From the human T2T-CHM13v2.0 reference genome, Homo sapiens: DNA of 64,000 nt. This document shows, piece by piece, positions 1 to 21,999 of this stretch. The DNA lies in assembly GCF_009914755.1 (NCBI RefSeq), contig NC_060926.1, one strand, 5' to 3'. The notes beneath the pieces are model-generated. The model was not told where the DNA came from and made no database searches. It was given only the letters and a program-made list of their open reading frames with translations. The position numbers and the translations under genes were made by a program. How positions within the stretch are numbered: the first letter of the stretch is position 1; each line of letters starts with the position of its first letter.

Positions 1-62
1 TATGGTAGTATTGTCAAATTCTGATTAATGTAATAAATAGTTTTTGAAGATCTTTAAGTCTA

Positions 63-329
<267 letters not shown>

Positions 330-761
330 TTACAGATACCTTCCCCAAAAACATATGACTCCCCCCACAAAACATTAATCCTCTTTCTTCATCTTAAAGG
401 AAAGATTATTATAGTGCTTTGTAGTTCACAGAACTTTTATATTTGTGATTTGATCCTTCTGCTAGCTTCTTAATATATAGGTATTGTGGAGAGACTGAGT
501 GTACAGAAAGACCTTCAAAGTTTAATTTTTTGCCCTGATCTCTTTGAACTCATTTTTATATACTAAATAATTTTTTTAAATAATGACCTAATTATAAGTT
601 TTCATCCTAACAGTAAGTGTATGAAAGTATTACATAAATTCATGATGATTATGTCATTTTTATTATCCAGGATCCTAGTTTCTACTTTGATTATAATTAT
701 ATATTTTTTCAAACATATTCCCAGTATATTTATCCAGCATAAATAATAGTAAGATTGTTGA

Positions 762-1201
<440 letters not shown>

Positions 1202-1360
1202 TTATAAATCATCCTACTTCTTCTGTATATTCAATTTTTAAATTTTGGATGTTCTTTATTTTTCATGATTTTCCTCACCCATGTCCTTATTGAGGTAATA
1301 CAGAGTCTCATCTAAGATACTGCACTAGAATAAGTCTTTAGTTTTTTGCCTTAAGAAGTA

Positions 1361-1589
1361 CAGTCATTTTGGGGGAATTGGTTTCAGGACCCCTACGTAT
1401 ACCAAAATCCACACATACTCTAGTCCCGCAGTTAGTTGACCCTGCAAAACCCACATATACGAAAAGTTGGCTCTCCATATACACAGATTTCACATCCTAC
1501 AAATACTGCATTTTTGATCTGATTTTGGTTGAGAAAAATCTGTATAAATGGACCCAAGCAGTTCAAACCTGTTGTTCAAGGGTCAACTG
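1361..1589 (+). mobile_element. MER8-like Tigger-family MITE
   Basis: CAGT...CAACTG ends flanked by TA; ggacccaagcagttcaaacc...gttcaagggtcaactg. Confidence 0.75.
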
Positions 1590-3185
1590 TATATGATATA
1601 TCCCCTCTTAGGAAATGTTCTGTTCAGCAGATACCAAGCATCTGCTCACTGCTGCAGGACTGCTAAAGTGAGGAAGACACTATATTCCCTGGATGCTAGG
1701 TTATAATCTGGTGTCAAATTTCCCTCTGGGGTTCTCCTCATAAAACTCTTGTCTATGTTGCCAAGAGGGTTATCTTTCTAAAACAGAAATAAAACTGTGT
1801 CACTTCTCTACTTAAATATGTCCAGGGATATTTGATGACAGTTAAGGGATTATAGTATTGCTGTTCAAGATTATTGAAGCTAGATGGTAAGAAAATTTGG
1901 CTCATACTATTTTCTCTGCTTTCATATGTTTGTAGTTTTTCGTAACAAAAAGTTTAAAAGTTACAGAATAAATGCTTGGGAACTTGTTACCTACAAGAGC
2001 AGTTGAAACTTTTTAGCATGATCTGTGGGGACTGTCAGCATTCTATCCCAGATGTCTTTAGCTTCCTCTCCTTTCATGTTCATCTGCACTAAATGTGCAC
2101 TAAATTCTTATGTTCATATGCTGCAGCTGCATTAAATTCCTTTACATTTTGGTTTTCTGTTATGCTCCAGTTCCTTTTTATCCACTATTTCTTCTGCCTG
2201 GAATACTCTTACCCCTCCATAGAATTCACCCCTCACCTCCACCCCACCCAACAAGCTTCCACTCGGGCACAAATAATATTTACTCTCTAATGATCCCCCT
2301 CTAATCCTAGGCAATAAATCTGTACCTTCTTCATGTGCTTAACATCACAAACCACAAATTATTAATATTATTATAATTAACTGTAGTATAATTATTACTT
2401 ATGTCTAGTTCCCTACTGAACTGAGCTCTTGGATATCAAGGATATGTTTTGTTAGTCTTATTTACACTTATTTATTTATTGTATTTGTTTCATTATTTTA
2501 TTATGTATTATATATGCTATTATTGTACCCAATTTCTAGGCATTTCATGTTGTGAATGAATATATGAATGAATGTATTATATTACTGTTATCATTTGGAA
2601 TAATGATGCTAATTATAATACCATATTTATTACAACTTTAGATAACAGTATTTCTCTTAGTTGATTAAGGTTTTTAAACTAGGGAACCAAATAAAGACTT
2701 AACTGATAAAATTTTACAGCCATTTTCTATTAATATTGATTTTGCATAGTTACACTATATGAAAAATGGTTTGCATGTGAAACAAGTAATATTAAGTGGT
2801 AGGTGATATCAAGTCACATCTTATTTACAGAAATAATAGATTTTAGCTTATTTTACTTGTAGTTAGACTTTTACTTTTTTTTTTTTTTTTTTTTTTTTGG
2901 CAAATAGAATTTTTCAGGTTTTTTTTCCTCTACTCTGGTTTGGCTGAGCCCTAATAAAAGTAGTCCAGAAGTCAGGGCAATAAGTGAAACATAGAAGATA
3001 TTAAATCTTTTTTATCTAGCAAAAATAATGGACTAAATTTAATCAACACTTTCTTATTTTTATCTGTACCACAAAAACTTATTTTTAAATCTGGTAGCAA
3101 GATTTTCTGTTCTTAACTCATAGTTCTTTTTTAATTATTAGTTGCATATTTTCTATGAACGTTCATATTTTATGTATATTTTTAG

Positions 3186-3261
3186 GCCTCAAGAAATCAA
3201 TAAAGAAGAACTAGAGGGAAACAGCATGAGGTGTGGTAGAAAGCTTGCCAAAGATGGTGAA
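3186..3261 (+). CDS. GMCL1: GMCL1 (germ cell-less 1) internal coding exon
   Basis: tttag|G...GAA|gtaagt; 76 nt; encodes (G)PQEINKEELEGNSMRCGRKLAKDGE, recognised as GMCL1; phase 0 join to the next exon. Confidence 0.93.
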
Positions 3262-3635
3262 GTAAGTATGGGTTGTGACTGTTAATATTCTTATACAAAT
3301 TGTATTATCAGCACATCCTGCACCTGTAAGTAGTAATCATGACACCTGTCATACCTCAGAAGAGCTTGTTTGATACACTTTCTGTAGCATGATCTGCTGG
3401 GAAAGTAGTTACAGCCACCACACTCAGTAGTGATTGATTACTTGGCCTTGTATGAGAATGCTGAACTTAAATTTTGAGTTCAGATAAGACATACAAGAAG
3501 AGGGTCCCTTAGCAATCCAGAAATTAAGATAAAGAAGAAATTGTGAGGGATCTGTTACATAGTCTTAAAAGTGATTCTGTGTTACAGTTGTCCTAAATCA
3601 AAGACATTCAAATCCATTGATTGTTACCCACATTA

Positions 3636-5594
<1,959 letters not shown>

Positions 5595-6402
5595 TGACCT
5601 TCCTTCCCCCATGCTCTTGTGCTCCACCCTACCTCAGGCATCCATTCCTGTGAGCATACCCTCAATTTTTGCATTATTAATTACTACACCACCTTCAAAA
5701 TCTCCATTTCAGGCATCCCGTTTTCAGACCCCACCTCGTCTTTCTAGCTCATTCTCTCTAGCACCTGGACTCCAACAATTTTTTAACTCCATTCTGGATA
5801 TACAATACATTGTTTTTACAACCTTTCCCTATCACCTTTCTGACCACATTTCTACTTCTTATTTTGCTTGACTTATATTTTATGTTCCATCGTAAAATTG
5901 GTCCCTTGCTTATACTCTTTTAACTTTTCTTTTTCCTCATTGACATGTTAAACTCACCTGGCTAAACCCCAACTCTTGTCAAGGGTTGCACTCCATGCCT
6001 GCATCCAGACAGATGAATGTGATTAAAGACAAACACCGTACCCCATTGGGTTCCACTTGAATGTGGTAACCATGAACTTGAAGTAGGTTAGTGCTGCATC
6101 ATGATCTGTCTGCATTTTCCTAGTGAATTGATCCTCCCATTAGCTGAGGTAACTCATACCTTCTCTCCTTAAAAGGGCAATGCTCCCACCCTTATTCTTA
6201 TCTGATGGCCTTGCTGCCTACTGCAATGAAAAGAGAATCTGTACATCATCTTACCAGTAGTTCTGCCAGTCTACCTGCACCTGTAGCTATGCGCTATGCA
6301 TTTCATCTTATTAGAAAAATGAACTGCCTACTTCTATCTTAGTCCATTCCCTCTCTTTGTACTGGACTCTATCCATGCTCACCTATTCAAAAGCTTTGCT
6401 CC

Positions 6403-6998
6403 AGCCAGGCACAGTGGTATGCACCTGCAATTCCAGCTACTTGGGAGGCTTAGGTGGAAAAATTGCTTGAACCCAGGAGTTAGAGTTCAGCCTGGGCAAT
6501 ATAACGAGACCCTGTCTCTTTAAAAAAAAAAAAAGCTTTGCCCTTACAGTTATCACCTCTACTAGGGCAGAAACTGTATGTTATTTACTGCTATGATTCC
6601 ATTGCTTAGAGGAGTGCCTGGCATATAATATGTGCTCAATAAATATCAGTTAAATACTGAATTGCAATTCAGGGTGTCAGCCAAACACTTGAAGCCCTAA
6701 CTACTTCTCTGTATCACACTACCTTATCTGATACTCTCACATTAACTATTAGCTGATAGAATAAACAAACTCGTGAACCCCATGATGATATTTAAATAAC
6801 CCAGTTGTGTGTTACTTGAGTTAGAGTATTTTATTTTTATTTTTATTTTTATTTTTTTTTATTCTTTTTTGTATTTTTAGTAGAGATGGGGTTTCGCCAT
6901 GTTGGCCAGGCTGTTTTTGAACCTCAGACCTCAGGTGATCCACCCGCCTCGGCCTCCCAAAGTGCTGGGATTACAGGCGTGAGCCACCACACCCAGCC
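6403..6998. mobile_element. Alu monomers: + 6403-6533, - 6835-6998
   Basis: Left-arm Alu sequences. Confidence 0.8.
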
Positions 6999-7120
6999 CT
7001 TAAGAGTATTTTTAAAGCAAGGTGGATTTTAATGGGCTCTTAATTACCTTAGTGCTCTAGAAACTCTTAGTGCTCTAAGCTATATACCCACTTAGAGTTG
7101 CAGTGAAAAGCCTTATTATT

Positions 7121-7793
<673 letters not shown>

Positions 7794-8003
7794 TTAGAGA
7801 ATTATGATCATTAAGGGCAGCTTTTCTAGCTTAGATAAATAGTTTTGGGTGGTAAGCCTTAAGAAAAAGTCACTGACAAAAAGTCGACCACCCATGAGGG
7901 AAATACTTGGAATGAGTTAGAGACAAAAAGACATTTTGAATTTTTTATTTTCTACTTGCTAATATGATAAACTGAAATAAGTCTTCTCTCTTGTATTTTT
8001 TAG

Positions 8004-8149
8004 TACTGCTGGCGTTGGACAGGTTTTAACTTCGGCTTCGACCTACTTGTAACTTACACCAATCGATACATCATTTTCAAACGCAATACACTGAATCAGC
8101 CATGTAGCGGATCTGTCAGTTTACAGCCTCGAAGGAGCATAGCATTTAG
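8004..8149 (+). CDS. GMCL1: GMCL1 internal coding exon
   Basis: tttttag|TAC...AG|gtagga; 146 nt; YCWRWTGFNFGFDLLVTYTNRYIIFKRNTLNQPCSGSVSLQPRRSIAF(R). Confidence 0.95.
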
Positions 8150-8609
8150 GTAGGATGAGATTTCCCCACCCCACTCCTCCTCACTCCAGAGAAAATATAA
8201 GAAATAAAACCTTGATAATTTACACCAACATTAGTAGAACTTTGGTAAGCTACAGTATATGTGGAAGTGGTAGGAAATGACGAGGCTCCATTCCTGTGAA
8301 ATCTATTGTTAGTAATCAGAATCATAGGATCTAGTATGTCAGGGAGAATGAATAGGCTGGAATATATACCAGTAGGGAATATCAGCCTTGAAGTCGTTGC
8401 CTTGTTGCTATTCCTAGCAAATAAAAGATCCAGACTGTTGAAATATGTAGCAAGGTATGTTTCCAGGAAAACACATATTATCCTTAACTTTTTAAAGGAT
8501 TTAATATGTTAAATTTTGCCCAGTAGTTGCTGGCAATCTTTTTCTGAGAGGATACCAGAAGCTGACAAATTGGACAGTAGCTTAATGAACATGATTTAAA
8601 AGTCATATA

Positions 8610-9830
8610 TTTATACTTACCTTACACCAAATACAAAAATTAACTTAAAATGGATCAAAGATCTAAGCATAAGAACTGCAACTATGAAACTCTTGGAAGA
8701 AAACATAGGGGAAAAGCTTCATAACAATTGATTTGGCAGTGATTTCTTCCATAAGACACCCAAGCACAGGCAACAAAAGAAGCAGTAGATAAAATTGGAC
8801 TTCATCAAAATCACAAACTTGTGTATCAGAGGACAGTGTCAAGACAGTGAAAAGGCAACCCATGGAATGAGAGCAGATATTTGTAACGCTACATTTGATA
8901 AGACATTAATACCCAGAATATATAGAAAACTCCTACAACTCTATAATTTAAAAAGAAAACTCAACTCAGCTCAAAAATGGGCCAAAGACTTCCATAAACA
9001 TTTCTCCAAAGAAGATATATAAATGGCTAATAAACACATGAAAAGATGTTCAACATTACTAATTAGGGACATACAAACCAAAATCACAATGAGCTATCAC
9101 TTCACACCTATTAGGATAGCTATTAGTAAAAACAGAATAGAAAAAAAACAACAAAAGTAACAGGTGTTGGCAAGGATGTGGAGTATTTAGAACCCTTGTG
9201 TACTGCTCGTGGCCATGTAAAATGGCACAGCCACTATGGAGCATGGTATGACACTTCCTCAAAAAAATTAAACAGAATTACCATATGATCCAGCAGTTTC
9301 TCTTCTATAGACCAGAAGAATTGAAAATAGGGACTTAAACAGATATTTTTGTATACTTATGTTCATAACAGCATTATTCACAATAGCCAAAAGGTGGAAG
9401 CAACCCACATGTTCACTGACAGATGCTAGAGAAACAAAATGTGGTATATACATAAAATAGAACATTATTTAGCCTTGAAAAGGAAGCAAATTCTCATACA
9501 TGCTAAACATGGATGAACCTGGAAGACATGCCAAGTGAAATAAGCCACTCACAAAGCACAAATATTGTAAGATTCCACTCATACGAAGTACCTAGAGTAG
9601 ACAAATTCATAGGTACAGAGGATACACTGGTGGTTGCCAGGGCCTGAGGGAAGGGAAAGTGGGGAGTTAGTGTTTAATGGGTAAGGAGCTTCAGCGAGGG
9701 AAAATTAAAATGTTCTAGAGATGGGTGCAGAACAATGTGGAAATATATTTAATGCCACAGAACTATATACTTTAAAATGGTTAAAATGATAAATGTTACG
9801 TATATTTTACCACAATAAAAACATTTATAA
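8610..9830 (+). mobile_element. Old L1 (L1M) ORF2 3' part and 3'UTR
   Basis: L1-typical text (aaatggatcaaaga, aaagaagatatataaatggc, cagaattaccatatgatccagca, atggatgaacc); frames broken. Confidence 0.85.
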
Positions 9831-10029
9831 ATGATTTCTCTTGGCCAGATATGTATAATAGCACAGGCTTGTCACTGAATGCAGTCAGATTACAGTTTGA
9901 AAAGACTTCCTAAAAGTCTTTTATCAAATAAAAAACAGAGGAAAAAGTAAATATGAAAGTGAGGAAGAGCTTGTTTAATCTGTGGTTTAAAAATCTTGTG
10001 TTTATTTTTTATTTTTTTTTTAATCCTAG

Positions 10030-10117
10030 ATTACGTTTGGCTTCTTTTGATAGTAGTGGAAAACTAATATGTAGTAGAACAACTGGCTATCAAATACTTA
10101 CACTTGAAAAGGATCAG
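10030..10117 (+). CDS. GMCL1: GMCL1 penultimate coding exon
   Basis: cctag|A...CAG|gtatgt; 88 nt; (R)LRLASFDSSGKLICSRTTGYQILTLEKDQ; phases match both neighbours. Confidence 0.95.
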
Positions 10118-11790
10118 GTATGTTCGATTATCTTCTGGTATGTCATCATAATATTTGTCTTTTGAATCCTCTTTTGAAAATTCTTAAGTAGAATTAACAT
10201 TAAAGTGATGGCATTTTGACCTAAAAGTTGGTTTAAAAGTCTTTTGAAGGTAAAGATGAAAGTACCACATTCACTTATGCATAATTGACCCCATCCCAAT
10301 GGAAGCATAATTAGGAGAAAAAAAGAAAACACTGTTTGAGGGGCAGGGAAACACTGATTATAAGGAAATAATTGTTTATCCTGAATATCAGCAGCACTAA
10401 AATTCATTCCTAAAATTTTAGGAATCTTAAGTGCTTTATCCATTGTGTACATAGTGCATTTATTTATACATTCACAGCAGGCATCTTAAAGACAATCCTG
10501 TATGTCTCCATAGCTCCGAATATCATAAGAGCATTATTCTCTAGCCCATTAGGTTCGTAAGATGGCAAACTCTGCAATGTTCCCCAGATTATCTCCAAAG
10601 CCATTTATTTATTCATACATCACACACATGGAGAAGTTTCAAAGTGTCATGATGAGAAAGTAGACCATTTTTAAAAGTAAAACTGAAAGCTGTTAAAATA
10701 TTGAGGAACTTTATTTCTATTAAAAGTAATCATCATTCCAAAGGGCATAATGTTTTATTAAAGGATTCAAAGCCTGTTATAGTTTACATAAATTATGAGA
10801 AGTTAGTAGTTTTCCTCAGACTGAAGAGACTATCATAGAACATCCTTAGCATTGCAAGTAACCCCGGAAGTGATCATTGTAACCTCACATGCCCTATATG
10901 AGAACTTCTTTTAACAGCATTCTTACAGAGGGGGTCATCCACCCATTGTTGAAACTCTAACTGACCCCCATCTTACATGAAAGGTAATATGTAGGAATGT
11001 CCATTTCAAGGCAGGTATATAATGAGAAAGTCCAAATCTGCCTCCATCAGAACTCTCTGTTGGTCCTTCTTGTAACCTCTGCAGCTGAACAGACAATGAC
11101 TATCTTTATCTTCTACCTGAAACTTCATGAAAAATACTGTCATGGCTCAAACCCAGCCAGAGACCTAAAAAAGCACCAGGCCAAGATAATAGTTGTATTC
11201 CCATGTTCCTTCAGCAAACATTTGTGTCCCCACCATGTGCTTGGTTCTCAGCTAGAAGTAGAAGAAATAAAGACAGGCTTGTGTTAATATAGCCTAGTGT
11301 AAGTAGCATGATAGAATTAGCTCAGAGTGTGCAACCTTGAGGGAGAAGACTCTGACCTGTAACTGAGCAGCTGCCGTGGTTGGGGGTGGTTATTGGAGGA
11401 GGAGGAGAAAGAAAGACAGCTCAGGGAAAACATCCTCTCCTGGAAAAGTGTTAAAGTGAATGCATACCTGAACCAAGCCTCAAATGGTGAGTAAGATTTC
11501 CGGAAGCAAGGGAATACATGGGTCATATTCAAGGAACTGAAAGATGGTTGGAAGAGTTCAGTATAACTAGAGCCAGGGCATGAGGGCTGTGGATGGAGTT
11601 TGGGAGATTTACTTTGGGAGTTGTCTCCGTGTTTTATATAGGTTATAGATGTTGTCGAAAAAATAGAAAATATGAGTCAGCTGAAACAACAATCATACAT
11701 GTACCACTCAGATACATTGCTGAGTTTTTCCTTCACCTGTATCATTTTTGCAAAATTGGATCACAGTAGGTTAGCTATTTTGTAACCTGC

Positions 11791-12223
11791 TTTTTTTTTT
11801 AATGGTGAAAAACATATATATTTAGAATTTGCCAGCTGGATTCAACTTAGATGATCCCAATTTTTTGGCAGCCTCTAAAAGCAGCATGCTCAGGAGCCAG
11901 CTGAACATGGGCTTTCTTCTCTCCATCAGCCCTGATCACGGTGTTGATCTTGGCCACATTGGTGTCATAGAGCTCCTCCACAGCCTGTTTGATCTTATGC
12001 TTTTTGACCTCGACATCCACAATGAACACAAGTGCATTGTTGTCCTCTGTCTTCTTCATGGCCAAGTCAGTGGCCTGGGAGAACTTGTTGGTCGCATAGT
12101 GGTCAGGCCTGGGGGAGAGGCAAAATGGGGTCACCTGGCCTGGGCCCAGTAGAAGAAAGGCTTGGTCCTCTTTCAGAGCCCAAGGCCAGGTGAGCCTAGG
12201 TGCATCAGACAGTGAGGTAGTAA
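11791..12223 (-). pseudogene. 5'-truncated RPL23A retrocopy retaining an intron end and a snoRNA 3' end
   Basis: Minus-strand translation [31 protein letters not shown]...[11 protein letters not shown]...KIGII* matches the RPL23A C-terminal half with downstream exons contiguous; RPL23A-like 3'UTR and poly(A) (T10 at 11791-11800); TSD-like ttgtaacct at 11780-11788 and 12224-12232. Confidence 0.92.
12199..12222 (-). ncRNA. 3' fragment of a box C/D snoRNA (SNORD4A-like), non-functional
   Basis: Minus strand reads TACCTCACTGTCTGATGCACC: box D CTGA plus terminal stem, resembling the recalled SNORD4A end (TACCTCGTTGTCTGATGCACC); 90 nt upstream of the retained RPL23A acceptor. Confidence 0.65.
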
Positions 12224-12649
12224 TTGTAACCTTTTTTTTTTTTTTTCACTTTGTTGTACATAGCTTTTTTTGGTCAATAAATATATATTCACAGCATCAT
12301 TTTTATGAACGGCATAATATTAGTTGTTTTGGCTATACCGTAACTTAGATAATTCCTCTTTATTGGATAAAGTTGTTTCTCATTTTTTTTCATTACTATA
12401 GGAAATATACATATATCTTTGTCCATTTTTATGATATTTTTAAAGCATAAATTCCAAGAAGTAGAATTCTTGTTGCATGGTGCATACAATTTTCTAATGG
12501 CCAAATTGCCCTCCAAAGCTACTGTCCAATTTATACTTCCCCCTGGCAGCAGTACAGGAGAGTATACCCAATATTGTATCTTATTCTTTTTCATCTCTAT
12601 CCCAGCGTAGTAAATGTGAAAACAAATATTTGTTTTAATTTTCATTTCT

Positions 12650-14275
<1,626 letters not shown>

Positions 14276-14979
14276 AGTATTTTACATTTCAGTTGCTAAT
14301 ATGAAATGAATCATTTGTTCTAATAGTTTTTGATAATGTAAGAAAGTTAGTGATTTTTGTATATTTATTTTGTAACTGTCCATCTTATAAGACCATGCTA
14401 AATGGATTTTCACTATAGAAGGTTCCGTCAGACAGCAATGTGTAGGAAGGATTAAAGATATGATAATGGCAATAAAACAATTTATGATTATATAGCTATA
14501 ATTCAGATTAAAAGTGATAAGAACCTTAAAGAATGTAGCAATGAAGAGGAAAATATTGATGGGTTCTGGAAATAAAGTGGTGCAATTGAGAATTTGATTC
14601 TTAATTGTGTGTGTGCATGAGGAAATGTCAGATGGTTTTCTGATTTGAGCAATTTAATTTACAGTAGTGGTTTTACCTGAGATTTGAATTATAGGAAGGA
14701 AAATGAACATGACATAGTGTTGGTGATGGTGAAGAGATGATGAATTCTGTTTAGGGCATGTTTAATTTGAGAGCATCAAGGTGAAAATTTGATAGGCTGG
14801 TGAATAATGGATTTGGAGTTTACAAGTAATGCCTGAACTAGAAATAATAATTGGATGAGATAATGTACAGGAAATGTGTAGAGAATATGACAGGATAGAA
14901 CCCTAGGGACCACTGGTATTTAAGAGATGGACAAAAAAGGTAACCTGGTGAGACATTGAAAAGCTGGGATGGAGAATCA

Positions 14980-15332
<353 letters not shown>

Positions 15333-15984
15333 TTAATTGTCTGGAAGTAGAAATGGGGACCTAGGAAGTTGCTGCTGCTCTGCTGCTGCTATATGTGGGC
15401 TCCACAGATTCCATCCACAATGGAATAAGGAAAATAGAACTTTGCTATAAAGGTACTTCAATGCAAATGTAGATGCAGATTGAACCTTTAGGTGAAACAA
15501 CAGATTTGATGAAGCTCGGATCGACCTATCCTGTTTGGGAATGGAGAGTGGGGATTAATACAATTTAATATTCAAAAATTGGTGTATCCATTCAGCCAAG
15601 TGATATCCACGTGCCTTCCTTCTTTCTCCAGAGTTGGCCCTTTGACCTACCCTTCCCTGCCTCAATCTTAACTGTATTCAAATACTAGAAGGCTAATCTT
15701 CCTCAGAGCCTTTTAGTTATGGAACAGAATCTTGATTTTTATCATCAGATATACATATCATCAAAACATTTGTCCTCAACAAATTTGGTAAATGTGCCTT
15801 CACCCAGATTATTGATATAAATTTTGACTAGTTCAGGATGTCTCAAGCATCTGAAGACCAACCATGCTTTGGCATAATTCCTCTCTGGTGACACTTGTTA
15901 GCACAGTCTAGGTGATGGCCTCCCCTGATTTTGTTCACTGATGTCTTTTTATAATACCACTTTCCCTCGTACAGAGAGAGAGAT

Positions 15985-15985
15985 T

Positions 15986-16017
<32 letters not shown>

Positions 16018-16018
16018 G
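15985..16018. repeat. (GT)n microsatellite
   Basis: Seen directly. Confidence 0.9.
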
Positions 16019-16636
16019 AGACATTTGTACTCTCTACCTTCTTTATTCAAATTTATCTTCTTGTTCCCTCAACACAGAAGCTGTGTCTAGTGAGTCTGCT
16101 TCAGTCACACAGATATTCTAGTTTTAGTTCCTCTTCATGCAGGAATACATGTCTCAGTAAAAAATTAAAACTTTGGATTTAAACAGTGTTTAATAGTATC
16201 TTATCCAAAATAAATAAAGTGTAACTAATGCATACTATTGCAGAGAGCATATCCCAGGCATTTAAAACGTAGGAATTCTCATTTTAGTGTTTCTTCTTTT
16301 ACTCTGAGGATTGATTCTATTTACCAAATGCTTCTAGTAAAGGATATATGAGGTTCCAAACAGAGATCTGTAGCATCAGGGATGTTATATTTGTGTAGTG
16401 TCAGCTCCTGTCTCTGGGAGTTCTGAGCATTCTTGTGTGTGTTGATGTAACTGAACCTGAAATTGCTTTTCCATGATAATGTATTTTATGTTTCAGGAGA
16501 CAAATTACATGTTTGTCATAGGGACAGTGGGAAATGTCAATAGTAGGAACCCTGCTTTTTGATGATGATAATGACTCCCGACCTTCATCTGGGTGATTTG
16601 CTGTACCCAACGGCCATCAGTAATTGAAGCCAAGTA

Positions 16637-16775
16637 GCCAGGCACAGTGGCACCTGCCTGTAGTCCCAGCTACTCAGGAGGCTGAGGCGGGAGGATGAGG
16701 CAGGAAGATCTCTTGAGCCCAGGAGTTCAAGGCCAGCTTGGGCAATATAGAAAGACCCTATCTCATTTTTAAAAA
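16637..16775 (+). mobile_element. Alu monomer (FLAM-like)
   Basis: Single arm with A-rich end. Confidence 0.75.
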
Positions 16776-16904
16776 TAATTAATTAATTTTGTAAAAGGAA
16801 ATAAATTTTTTTAAAAATTGAAGCCCAGTGAGAAGTTTATGTATTTCTAGACATTGTATCTGTTGACAAAATATGTAAGTATTTGATAGAAATTTTTGCA
16901 ATAA

Positions 16905-17110
16905 TGAAAATAACTACCATTATTGAGTACTTAATAGATAGCTGGCTTTGCAAAACCCCCTGTGTATTATCTCTTGTAATCCTCCTTTAAGTCAGGTACT
17001 CTTACTGTCCCCATCTTACAGTGAGGAAGCTGCATTTGACAAGGTCACACAGCTAATGGGTGGGAGTTTGGAGAGTGGAGTTGTGGATCTCAGACTCAGG
17101 ACACTATCTC
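16905..17110 (-). mobile_element. MIR fragment
   Basis: taactaccatttattgagtactta...ccccatcttacagtgaggaa...aaggtcacacagcta. Confidence 0.65.
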
Positions 17111-17192
17111 CTTTGGTTCACTCAGTTCAACAGTTTGGTTTTTTGTTTTTATTTTATCTAATTGTCATTGAATCTACAAATCTGTCTTATAG

Positions 17193-17288
17193 GAACAAGT
17201 GGTGATGAACTTGGACAGCAGGCTTCTGATCTTCCCTTTATATATCTGCTGTAACTTCTTGTATATATCACCAGAAAAAAAGAATTGA
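17193..17288 (+). CDS. GMCL1: GMCL1 last coding exon to stop
   Basis: ttatag|GAA...; EQVVMNLDSRLLIFPLYICCNFLYISPEKKN*, TGA at 17286-17288. Confidence 0.93.
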   Translation, partial: EQVVMNLDSRLLIFPLYICCNFLYISPEKKN

Positions 17289-19650
<2,362 letters not shown>

Positions 19651-19676
19651 AGTATTGTATAAACCATGGTTTGTGA

Positions 19677-21850
<2,174 letters not shown>

Positions 21851-21999
21851 ACTAGAATACTTTTGTAATGGCTGGTAATTTTATAAGAACTAGGACTGGC
21901 AAAGGTTAAAAAAAAATCTAACTTCCTGGCTCAAAATAAAATTTCCTGGGTCAACAAAGACTTTGCTGTCAATCCTGTAGGTTAGATGTGCATTCCTTT

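Noticed and set aside
11847-12134. 95-aa RPL23A-like ORF as a functional retrogene
   Set aside because: Lacks the N-terminal half, starts at a non-ATG codon in intron-derived sequence, and is heavily diverged including a garbled segment near the C-terminus
15340-16620. Unique-looking intronic stretches with possible splice signals (e.g. tttcag|gag at ~16497)
   Set aside because: No recognisable homology, in-frame stops and no convincing donor/acceptor pair
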